Origin: Promethearchaeota archaeon
GTDB lineage: Archaea > Asgardarchaeota > Lokiarchaeia > Sigyniarchaeales > SOKP01
Length of the DNA stretch: 64,000 nt
Direction: 5' to 3'
Assembly: GCA_048939995.1 (NCBI GenBank)
Contig: JBHLOY010000001.1
Coordinates: 224,001 to 288,000, forward strand
This document shows positions 48,186 to 56,473 of this stretch, one piece after another. The notes under the pieces are model-generated. The model searched no databases, was not told where the DNA came from, and was given only the letters and a program-made list of their open reading frames with translations. Both the position numbers and the translations under genes were made by a program. How positions within the stretch are numbered: the stretch's first letter is position 1; every line of letters begins with the position of its first letter.

Positions 48186-49157
48186 ATGTCTAATGTATTG
48201 ACATCATGGCGTGATAAGTGTATAATTACTTGTGCTCTTACGGGCTCAGCTACAATACCATCTCAAACACCTTATTTACCAATAACTCCTGAAGAGATCG
48301 CTGAAGAAGCTAAAAAAGCATGTGATGCAGGTGCAGCTGTTGTTCATGTTCATGTTAGAGACCCTAAAACTGCTATGCCATCTTCGGATTTGGGGATTTG
48401 GAGAGAGACTCTCGAGAAAATTAAATCTAAAACTAATGTGATAGTTTGTTGCACAACTGGAGGAGGTGCTGGAATGACGGCAGAAGAAAGAATTTCTGTA
48501 GTGCCAGAATTTAAACCAGAGATGTGTTCATTTAATTGTGAATCCATGAATTTTTCAATTTTTCCATTATTGGAAAGAATTCAAGAGTGGAAGTATCCTT
48601 GGGAAAAAGCACTTGTAACTATGAGTAAAGGATTAGTTTTTCAGAATAGTTTTGTAGATTTAGAGAAATTTGTTAAAACCATGTATGAAAATAATGTTAA
48701 ACCTGAACTTGAAATTTACAGCACCAGTGGTCTCTGGAATGCGGGGGCTATGGTTAGATTTGGATGGTTAAAACTTCCTCTTCATATGCAATTTGTATTA
48801 GGAGTATTAGGTGGAACAGGAAACACTCCCTGGGAATTGATGCATTTACATACTGAAGCTTTTAGACTTCTTGGAGAGAGAAATTTCACTTGGTCCGTGA
48901 TTGGGCTAGGATATCCGAGAGAGTTTCATTTAGGAGCAATTTCAGCAACAATGGGTGGCCATATAAGAGTTGGTTTAGAAGATAATATCTCTTTAGGATA
49001 TGATGTTGAAAAGAAGGAACGAATATTGGCGAAAAGTAATGCTGAATTAGTTGAAAAAATGGTAAGAATAGTTAATGACTTGGGGCGTGAAGTAGCTACT
49101 CCTGATGAAGCAAGAAAAATGCTCAAACTTAAAGGTCTTGATAAAGTTAACTATTAA
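48186..49157 (+). CDS. Beta-keto acid cleavage enzyme (Kce/BKACE, DUF849)
   Basis: IITCALTG, LPITPEEIA, AGAAVVHVHVRD, TTGG, PELEIY, GGHIRVGLEDN, SNAELV, ATPDEAR. Confidence 0.95.
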   Translation: MSNVLTSWRDKCIITCALTGSATIPSQTPYLPITPEEIAEEAKKACDAGAAVVHVHVRDPKTAMPSSDLGIWRETLEKIKSKTNVIVCCTTGGGAGMTAEERISVVPEFKPEMCSFNCESMNFSIFPLLERIQEWKYPWEKALVTMSKGLVFQNSFVDLEKFVKTMYENNVKPELEIYSTSGLWNAGAMVRFGWLKLPLHMQFVLGVLGGTGNTPWELMHLHTEAFRLLGERNFTWSVIGLGYPREFHLGAISATMGGHIRVGLEDNISLGYDVEKKERILAKSNAELVEKMVRIVNDLGREVATPDEARKMLKLKGLDKVNY

Positions 49158-49337
49158 AATTAGGAGATTTTTTCTTTTTTTTATTTTAAACAAAACTGTT
49201 AAAGATCTTGCCAGAAAGTTAAATCATCACAGATTTATCATATTCTATTTATCTAATTAAAAATTATTAATATAAGATTCTATCAATAATATATTAATTT
49301 CAATTTAAATGACTAAAAAGTAATTAGGTAAGTCAAG

Positions 49338-50480
49338 ATGGATAAAGTTGCGATAGTAGGAGTTGCTCAAACTAAATATGAAGCAGAGAAGATAGATCAA
49401 ACATATATGGAGCTTGTCTTTGAAGTTGTAAAGAAATTATATAATGATCTAGGAATAATTAATGATGATGTTGGGTCTGTTATAACAAGTTCAAACGATT
49501 TTAATGATGGTAGAACTATTGCTAATATGGGAATTCAAGATGCTGTAGGATCAATTGGAAAATCAGAATCTAGAGTCTCTGGTGATGGTGCTTTTGCGTA
49601 TGTTTATGCTGCAATGAGAATACTATCTAGAGAATATGACACTGTAATGGTTGTTTCTCATTGTAAGTGTTCTGAAGTGAATCAGTATCTTGTAAATAAT
49701 ACTATTTTTGATCCATATTATCAAAGACATTTAGGTTTAGATCAAATCTCTTCTGCTGGCTTAATGGCAAATATGTATATGACAAAATATGGCATAACTA
49801 AAGAACAGGCAGCCAAAGTGGTAGTAAAGAACAGAAAAAATGCTCTAAATAATCCTTATGCTCACTTACAGAAAGAAGTATCCCGTGAGGAAGTCCTCAA
49901 TTCACCAATGATGGCTTATCCCTTAAAAAAATTAGAATTTCCACCTTTTTCAGATGGTGCAGTTGCAATGTTGTTAACTAATGAGAAAATAGCAAGAAAG
50001 TTCACAGATACTCCTGTATGGTTAAAAGGATATGGAAATTGTACTGATGCATATTATCTAGGACATCGTAATATGACAGACTTGATTGGACTTGAATTAG
50101 CTGCAAAAGAAGCATATAAAATGGCAGATATTAAAAATCCTGTGGAAGAATTAGATGTTGCTGAAGTTTATGATGCTTTTTCGGTTCATGAATTGATGAG
50201 TTATGAAGCTTTGGGTTTCTGTAACAAGGGAAAGGGTGGTGAATTTATGGATAGTGGTCAATCTTATATGAATGGAAATATACCAGTAAATCCCTCAGGA
50301 GGTGTGCTTTCAAGTAATCCAACAATGGCAAATGGTCTGATTCGCGTAGCAGAAATTGCTCTCCAATTAATGGGTAAAGCTGATAAGAGACAGATTAATG
50401 GTGCTAAAATAGGTTTAGCAAATGGCATGAATGGAATATGTTCCCAAGGAAATTGCGTTTTAATTTTTGGAGGTGAATAA
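49338..50480 (+). CDS. Thiolase-fold protein, Ltp4-like (non-thiolytic, aldolase-type)
   Basis: SSNDFNDGR, ESRVSGDGAFA (no Cys), FDPYY, SDGA, LGHRN, EVYDAF, NPSGGVLSSNPTMANGLIR, GICSQGNCV. Confidence 0.85.
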   Translation: MDKVAIVGVAQTKYEAEKIDQTYMELVFEVVKKLYNDLGIINDDVGSVITSSNDFNDGRTIANMGIQDAVGSIGKSESRVSGDGAFAYVYAAMRILSREYDTVMVVSHCKCSEVNQYLVNNTIFDPYYQRHLGLDQISSAGLMANMYMTKYGITKEQAAKVVVKNRKNALNNPYAHLQKEVSREEVLNSPMMAYPLKKLEFPPFSDGAVAMLLTNEKIARKFTDTPVWLKGYGNCTDAYYLGHRNMTDLIGLELAAKEAYKMADIKNPVEELDVAEVYDAFSVHELMSYEALGFCNKGKGGEFMDSGQSYMNGNIPVNPSGGVLSSNPTMANGLIRVAEIALQLMGKADKRQINGAKIGLANGMNGICSQGNCVLIFGGE

Positions 50481-50484
50481 GAGA

Positions 50485-51651
50485 ATGGCTAAAAATGATG
50501 TGGCTATTGTTGGGATAGGGCAAACAAAATTTAGAAGTAAACGGAGAGATGTAAATATTCCTGAAATGATCTATGAAGCCACAAAAATGGCTTTGGATGA
50601 TGCTCAACTTGAACCTAAAGATATTGACGCCATAATTATTGGCAATATGGACCATTTTGAAGGAGTTAATTTCTCAGAAATGTGGTGTGGAATTGATGCA
50701 GCACCAGGTTATTTAAAGCCAGTTGTTAAAGTTGCAACAGGTGGTACAACTGGAAGTTCATTAGCAATTTGCGGATATTATAATGTTGCTTCAGGAATTT
50801 ATGATAAAGTACTGGTTATTGGGTGGGAAAAATTAAATGAAGGAGGAGCAACAACAGGGATCATTACCGCTTTTGATCCCGTTTGGGAAAGACCATCATT
50901 AGCAGGAGCTTTAGGTCCTTTGGCTCTTATGGCAAGTACCTACGCAGCAAAATACGGAATAACACCAGAACAAGCTGCAAAAGTAACAGTTAAAAATAGA
51001 AGTAATGCAGCAAACAATCCATTTGCTCATCTACAAATGCCTAATATCACTGTAGATTATGTAATGAGCTCTCAATTGATATCTCCTCCTTTAAGACTGC
51101 ATGATTGCTGCCCTCAGAGTGAAGGTGCTTGCGCAATTATTTATGCTAATAAGGAAGAAACGAAGAAGATAAGAGACAACCCCGCGTGGGTTCATTCAGT
51201 TGCAACAGCTCATTATTATACTTATGGAACCGATACATTAATGTACGATTTGCCTTCAGCAACCATAGCTGCAAAAGTGGCTTATAAAAAGGCTGGGATT
51301 AAAGATCCCGTTAAAGATTTAGACGTTGCTGAAATTTATGAACCTACTTCTTGGAGCGAGTTAGCATGGACAGAAGGTCTACTTTTCTGTGAAAAGGGAG
51401 AGGGTGGGAAAATACTAGATGAAGGAATTACTCAAATGAGCGGTGAATTACCTGTTAATCCATCAGGTGGCGTTTTAAGTACTAATCCCATTGGGGCCAC
51501 AGCTTTAGTACGAGTAGCAGAAGCAGCAACCCAAGTAATGGGTAGAGGTGAAAAGAGACAAGTCCCAGAAGTAGAGAAAGCTCTTTCTATGGGATTTGGA
51601 GGAAGTTTATGGACTGAATTATTAATATTAGGTAAAGAACCAATGAGGTGA
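50485..51651 (+). CDS. Thiolase-fold protein, Ltp3-like (non-thiolytic, aldolase-type)
   Basis: GIGQTKFRSKRRDV, DHFEGV, KVATGGTTGSS (no Cys), GWEK, NPFAHLQ, CPQSEGAC, EIYEPTSWSELAW, NPSGGVLSTNPIGAT. SD GGAGGTGA at 50469-76, ATG 50485. Confidence 0.88.
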   Translation: MAKNDVAIVGIGQTKFRSKRRDVNIPEMIYEATKMALDDAQLEPKDIDAIIIGNMDHFEGVNFSEMWCGIDAAPGYLKPVVKVATGGTTGSSLAICGYYNVASGIYDKVLVIGWEKLNEGGATTGIITAFDPVWERPSLAGALGPLALMASTYAAKYGITPEQAAKVTVKNRSNAANNPFAHLQMPNITVDYVMSSQLISPPLRLHDCCPQSEGACAIIYANKEETKKIRDNPAWVHSVATAHYYTYGTDTLMYDLPSATIAAKVAYKKAGIKDPVKDLDVAEIYEPTSWSELAWTEGLLFCEKGEGGKILDEGITQMSGELPVNPSGGVLSTNPIGATALVRVAEAATQVMGRGEKRQVPEVEKALSMGFGGSLWTELLILGKEPMR

Positions 51652-51656
51652 ACTTA

Positions 51657-52145
51657 ATGAGTAAAAAGAAAAACCAAGAAAAAGTATTTGAGATAAAATG
51701 GAAAACAGATCTACCATATCGATATTCAATTGGAAAACTCGCTGTCAAGTTTTTTGAAGAACTAAAAATGAATAAGAAAATTTTAGGTAGTAAGTGTTCA
51801 AAATGCGGTAAGGTTCACTTTCCTCCAAGAGCCGTATGCGCAGATTGTTTAGTTGAGATGACTATTAAAGATATGGTGGAATTGTCCACAAGAGGTACTT
51901 TAGCAGGGTTTACAGTTGTAAATTATCCTTTTATTGACCCCAATACAGGTGGTATGCGCCCATTTCCTTATGGTTATGCTATATTCAAGTTAGATGGGGC
52001 AGATACATATACTATGCATTTCTTGGATGAAACCGATCATACCAAAATGCGTGTTGGCCAGCGAGTTGAGGCTGTATTCAAAGAGGAAAGAGAAGGAAAT
52101 ATCGGTGATATTCCATACTTTAGAATTATAAAGGAGGAAAAATAA
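51657..52145 (+). CDS. DUF35/ChsH2-type Zn-ribbon plus OB-fold protein
   Basis: GSKCSKCGKVHFPPRAVCADC, LDGADT, MRVGQRVEAVF. SD GAGGTGA at 51645-51. Confidence 0.92.
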   Translation: MSKKKNQEKVFEIKWKTDLPYRYSIGKLAVKFFEELKMNKKILGSKCSKCGKVHFPPRAVCADCLVEMTIKDMVELSTRGTLAGFTVVNYPFIDPNTGGMRPFPYGYAIFKLDGADTYTMHFLDETDHTKMRVGQRVEAVFKEEREGNIGDIPYFRIIKEEK

Positions 52146-52158
52146 CGAGGTGAATCTA

Positions 52159-52608
52159 ATGGGAGAAGAGATTGAAAAGAAAATATTTAAAGGAAGGATT
52201 AAAGTTCCTTACAAACATACTGCTGGGGCTTATGTAGAGAAGTTTATTACACATATTGGAAAGGAACATAAAATTATGGGAGTTAAGTGCCCAAAATGCA
52301 AAAAAGTGTTTGTTCCTCCAAAAATGATATGTTTTGAATGCTTTGAAAAAATGGAAGAATGGATTGAAGTAGAAAATATTGGCACAGTGACAGGTTTCAC
52401 TGTTATTACGCATTCTACACCTGTGTTGCCATTGGAATCCCCCTTTGCTTATGCCAGAATTAGATTAAACGGCGCAGATACCGATTTTGTACATTTGATA
52501 AATGAAAGTGATCCTAATAAGTTACGCGTTGGTATGAAAGTTGAAGCTGTTTTTAAAGAAAAACCAAGAAAAAGAATCTTAGATATTGAGTATTTTAAAC
52601 CAATATAA
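52159..52608 (+). CDS. DUF35/ChsH2-type Zn-ribbon plus OB-fold protein (tandem paralogue)
   Basis: GVKCPKCKKVFVPPKMICFEC, LNGADT, LRVGMKVEAVF. SD GAGGTGA at 52147-53. Confidence 0.92.
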   Translation: MGEEIEKKIFKGRIKVPYKHTAGAYVEKFITHIGKEHKIMGVKCPKCKKVFVPPKMICFECFEKMEEWIEVENIGTVTGFTVITHSTPVLPLESPFAYARIRLNGADTDFVHLINESDPNKLRVGMKVEAVFKEKPRKRILDIEYFKPI

Positions 52609-52623
52609 TAAAAGATTAATTTC

Positions 52624-52634
52624 TTTTTTTTTTT
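52624..52634 (+). terminator. Oligo-T tract, probable archaeal terminator of the ltp4-ltp3-DUF35-DUF35 unit
   Basis: T11 run shortly after the stop codon at 52608. Confidence 0.45.
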
Positions 52635-52678
52635 ATCTTATTAAATTAACATCAATAAAAATTTAGATTTGATCAAAT

Positions 52679-53503
52679 ATGAGTGAAAATGTTATCTTAA
52701 TTGAAGAGGATGAGGATAAAACTATTACAACCATAAAAATGAATCGGATTGCGAAAAAGAATGCAATCAATTATGATTTAATGGTAGGTCTTCAAAAAGC
52801 TATAGATCAAGTGGAACGCTCTGATACAAGGGTTGTCATCATCACTGGTGGAGATGAATTATTTAGCTCTGGAATTGATTTAAACTTCCTAACTGGGCAA
52901 GAAAAAGATCCTGAGGGCGTAATACCTGATTTACGAGTTCCAAGAAATTTCAGATACTTTGCTAATACATGGATTCATTCAATATTCACAAAAATTGAAA
53001 AAATGGAAAAACCAGTAATCGCTAAAATCAACGGTTATTGCTTTGGAATGGCATTTGAGCTTGCTTTGGCGTGTGACTTTCGATTTTGCACCGAATCGGC
53101 TCAATTTCACATGCTTGAAAGTAAGATCGGTATGAACCCAGATGTGGGGGGTACAATAAGGTTAACAAGGCTTGTAGGTATTCAAAATGCTAAAGATATA
53201 ATTTTAACTGGACGTATGTTTGATGGAAATGAAGCTTATAGATTAGGAGTCGTAAATCGAGTAACTAAAACACACCAAGAATTAGATTCTATAATTAAAA
53301 TGTATACAGATGAGCTTATAGACAGCGCACCTCTAGCTGTAGGGCTTACTAAAAAATTAATTGATGATTGTTATGGCAAGGATACTGCTTTTGGACTAGA
53401 GCTTGAAACTTTGGTAAGTTCACAATTGCTTCAAACAAAAGATGCTGTATCTGGAGCTTTAGCAAGATTACAGAAAACAAAACCAAAATGGAAATGGAAA
53501 TAA
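52679..53503 (+). CDS. Enoyl-CoA hydratase/isomerase family protein
   Basis: MNRIAKKNA, FSSGIDL, KPVIAKINGYCFGMAFELALACDFR, ESKIGMNPDVGG. Confidence 0.93.
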   Translation: MSENVILIEEDEDKTITTIKMNRIAKKNAINYDLMVGLQKAIDQVERSDTRVVIITGGDELFSSGIDLNFLTGQEKDPEGVIPDLRVPRNFRYFANTWIHSIFTKIEKMEKPVIAKINGYCFGMAFELALACDFRFCTESAQFHMLESKIGMNPDVGGTIRLTRLVGIQNAKDIILTGRMFDGNEAYRLGVVNRVTKTHQELDSIIKMYTDELIDSAPLAVGLTKKLIDDCYGKDTAFGLELETLVSSQLLQTKDAVSGALARLQKTKPKWKWK

Positions 53504-53525
53504 TTTTTTTTATACTTTTTTTTTT
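53504..53525 (+). terminator. Double oligo-T tract between convergent genes, probable terminator
   Basis: T8 and T10 runs directly after the enoyl-CoA hydratase stop codon. Confidence 0.45.
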
Positions 53526-53528
53526 AGA

Positions 53529-54728
53529 TTAAAAGTCAACATCCTTACCTTCAAATGCATATTTGTAGATGTTTTCAAAGTCCGCTTTGGAAGGTAGTCT
53601 TGGACACATAGAGCCGCTGGCATCTTGGAAGCATAAATTAACTAAGGTGTCGAGGTTTTTATCTAAATCTTCTCTTGAAATACCTATATCTTGAATTTTT
53701 TCTGGAAATCCCACCTCTCTATAGAGCTCTTTTAATTTTTTTAGAACCATATTAGCCGCTGTTTTATCACCCTCGTCCCATTTAGCCCAGCCAAGTTGTT
53801 TTGCCAGTTTCGCATAAATTTCAGTTGATGGATCGGTTTTATCAGGGTTGTTCAAACAATATTGCGTTACATATTTCAACATTAGTCCTACACATCTACC
53901 GTGAGGAGTTTGAAATACAGCACCAAGGCAATGTCCAGTAGTATGCCCTATATGTAAATTAGCATTCCCAAATGCTAATCCTCCCATTGTTGCAGCTTGA
54001 TGGAGATAGTCTCGAGCTTCCTTATTTTTTCCATTCTTATAAGCAATAGGTAGGTAACTAAATATCAGTTCTATGGCTTTAGTAGCTAAAGCATTACCAA
54101 ATTCGTTTCTCCCATTTGCAATCAATGCTTCAATTGCATGTGCTAATACATCCATTGCAGTATCTAGAGTTAGACTCGAAGGCATACCTAATGGAAAAAT
54201 AGGATCTAATATAGAATAAGTGGGAACTAATCCTCTATGAGCTTGAATTAATTTTTGCCACACACCATCATTATATCTTGAAATAACTGCTGCATAAGTT
54301 GCATCAGCTCCTGTTCCAGAAGTAGTAGGAATGGCGATCAATTTAGCTTTTTTCCCCAATTCATATAGAGAAATATTAAAAATATGAAGATCATCTATCC
54401 CAAATTCTGGAAACTCGTACATGGCCCAAACTCCCTTTGCAGTATCTATAACAGACCCTCCTCCCAACGCGATAATTAAATCTGGTTTATAGGTTAAACA
54501 GGATTCCTTAGCTTTTAGCAGTATTTCTTCTTTTGGGTCAGGTTCAACTTCAGTAAATAATTCGGAAACTTTTCCTAATTTATCCAATTTATTTGTCAAA
54601 ATTTTAGTATAACCTAAACTTTCTATATTCTTGTCAGTAATTATAAAACATTTACCTCCTGCAATATTTTCCAAAAAATCTAACGCATCTTCTCCATAGA
54701 CAATATTAGGACTATTAAAAAACCACAT
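53529..54728 (-). CDS. Iron-containing (group III) alcohol dehydrogenase
   Basis: VEPDP, IIALGGGSVIDTAK, IPTTSGTG, DVLAHAIE, GHTTGH, PHG. ATG 54728 follows a GAGTGA SD. Confidence 0.93.
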   Translation of the reverse strand: MWFFNSPNIVYGEDALDFLENIAGGKCFIITDKNIESLGYTKILTNKLDKLGKVSELFTEVEPDPKEEILLKAKESCLTYKPDLIIALGGGSVIDTAKGVWAMYEFPEFGIDDLHIFNISLYELGKKAKLIAIPTTSGTGADATYAAVISRYNDGVWQKLIQAHRGLVPTYSILDPIFPLGMPSSLTLDTAMDVLAHAIEALIANGRNEFGNALATKAIELIFSYLPIAYKNGKNKEARDYLHQAATMGGLAFGNANLHIGHTTGHCLGAVFQTPHGRCVGLMLKYVTQYCLNNPDKTDPSTEIYAKLAKQLGWAKWDEGDKTAANMVLKKLKELYREVGFPEKIQDIGISREDLDKNLDTLVNLCFQDASGSMCPRLPSKADFENIYKYAFEGKDVDF

Positions 54729-54797
54729 ATAAAATATCACTCATCAATTTTAATTTTCATAAAAATTAATTATTTAAAAAGAAAATAGTTTAAAAAG

Positions 54798-55199
54798 TTA
54801 TAAAAATTCAGTTTCGACTCTTTGTAAGCTATTTACGATTTCTTGAGCAGCTCTAGTGGCTCGCATCAATTTTGCCATATTTCCTACTAGTCTTAGTTTC
54901 CCAGACATTACTCCTTGAATAGTATCTAATTCTTTTTTAGCAATCTTAACCCAGTTATCATAGGGTCCAGAAAGTGTAAATTCTACATCCATTTTCTCAC
55001 CTTCCTCTAATAGTTTAACACTAGTGCATTCTCCGTGATAAAGTCCAAGAAAAAATCTGACTTCATGATCTAAGGGACCACTAGGTTCGATTACACATAA
55101 CATATCTCCTTCCCACCATGATGCGGCTTCACTATAGGCAGGATTATCGTTAATGGCCTTTCCAAAATCATCTAACCACTCTTTTGTTAAAATTTTCAT
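54798..55199 (-). CDS. SCP2 sterol/lipid-binding domain protein
   Basis: EWLDDFGKAIN, W.GD, FTLSGPYDNW, GVMSGKLRLVGNMAKLMR. Confidence 0.9.
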   Translation of the reverse strand: MKILTKEWLDDFGKAINDNPAYSEAASWWEGDMLCVIEPSGPLDHEVRFFLGLYHGECTSVKLLEEGEKMDVEFTLSGPYDNWVKIAKKELDTIQGVMSGKLRLVGNMAKLMRATRAAQEIVNSLQRVETEFL

Positions 55200-55276
55200 T
55201 AATATCCACCTAATAAAATATATTTCCTTATTTTATTTTTAAATATTTAATATTTTATAGTATTTATCAAAATGGG

Positions 55277-56473
55277 TTAGGTTAAAGTTAAATCAAGATG
55301 GATATCTGTTAAAGGATAAGAGACACAGGGATGAATAAATCCAAAATCCTTGTCAACTTCACGGATAGTGACCCAAGGAGGTACAAAAATTTTTCCAGAG
55401 ATCAATTTTGTTCTGCATAATGCACACTCTCCTGAACGACAGCCATTTGCAATTCCAATCCCCGGTAATTTTAGACGTTCTATACTATTTAGAAGTGGTT
55501 CTATACAAGAAGCTTTAAATTCTATTTTTTCAGCAGCACTACCTTTCCTAAGATCAATTTCTATTTTAATCTCCTGTGAAGCATCAACTTCTTTTGGCCA
55601 TCCCATAATTTGGGCTATATCTTCTGGAATTCCAAATGCTTCATAATAGATTTTATGTTCTGGCACCCCTATAGTACTCATTTCAGCTTTAATAAATTCA
55701 TACATAGGAAGATTTCCTACAACATAGAAATACTTGTTCTTTATTGAACCTATCTCATTTAAAATCTTATCTTTTGTAATGAAGCCGCATTCTCCACTCC
55801 AATCAGGCTCTGGTTCAGATAATATGAATTTTATCCTTATATTTGTCCTTCTTTTTTGAATATCTTCTAATTCATCTCTAAAGAGAATATCTTTTTCAGT
55901 TAAACAGCCATAAATCAGTGAAATATTCAATGGTAAAGCTTTCTCAGAGATGTCTCTTAGCATCGAAATAAATGGAGTTATCCCGCATCCTCCAGCGATA
56001 AATACAAGATGATCTCCATGAAAGAGAGGGTTATAAAATAAGTTTCCTAAAGGTTCAGTTGCTTCATAAATATCTCCGATCTTTGCAGATTCGAATAAGT
56101 AAGGACTAACAAAGCCACCTTGCTTCTTTCTAATGCCTAACTCATAATAAGCAAGTTGATTAGGTGATGATACTAATGAATAAGGACGTGATGTTCTGAC
56201 TCCATCAATTTCCAAAGTAACACCTATGTATTGGCCCGCCCGAAATGGTGCTAAAGCCTTTTTTGGTTTCGCTGATATAAATCGAAATAATTTTGTATCA
56301 TGAGAAAGGTCTTCAATATCAGTTAGTTTTAGTAATTGATTTCCAGGATGTATTCTTTCACATAAATTTTCTAAACCATCAAAATACCAAGGAATTGGTT
56401 GAATTTCTTCACGCAACTTTTTCAATTTTTCAGCTTTTTGATATTTCTTTATATCTTCCATCATGTTTACCAT
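55277..56473 (-). CDS. FAD/NAD(P)-binding FNR-type reductase with C-terminal 2Fe-2S ferredoxin (KshB/PaaE/Hcr architecture)
   Basis: FRAGQY, RPYSLVSSP, GGFVS, IAGGCGITPFISM, YEAFG, CRSGECALC...HPC. Confidence 0.92.
   Translation of the reverse strand: MVNMMEDIKKYQKAEKLKKLREEIQPIPWYFDGLENLCERIHPGNQLLKLTDIEDLSHDTKLFRFISAKPKKALAPFRAGQYIGVTLEIDGVRTSRPYSLVSSPNQLAYYELGIRKKQGGFVSPYLFESAKIGDIYEATEPLGNLFYNPLFHGDHLVFIAGGCGITPFISMLRDISEKALPLNISLIYGCLTEKDILFRDELEDIQKRRTNIRIKFILSEPEPDWSGECGFITKDKILNEIGSIKNKYFYVVGNLPMYEFIKAEMSTIGVPEHKIYYEAFGIPEDIAQIMGWPKEVDASQEIKIEIDLRKGSAAEKIEFKASCIEPLLNSIERLKLPGIGIANGCRSGECALCRTKLISGKIFVPPWVTIREVDKDFGFIHPCVSYPLTDIHLDLTLT

Noticed and set aside
55277-56473. Calling the reductase kshB and inferring aerobic steroid ring hydroxylation
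   Set aside because: The architecture is shared by many reductases and no Rieske oxygenase (KshA) is present in the window.
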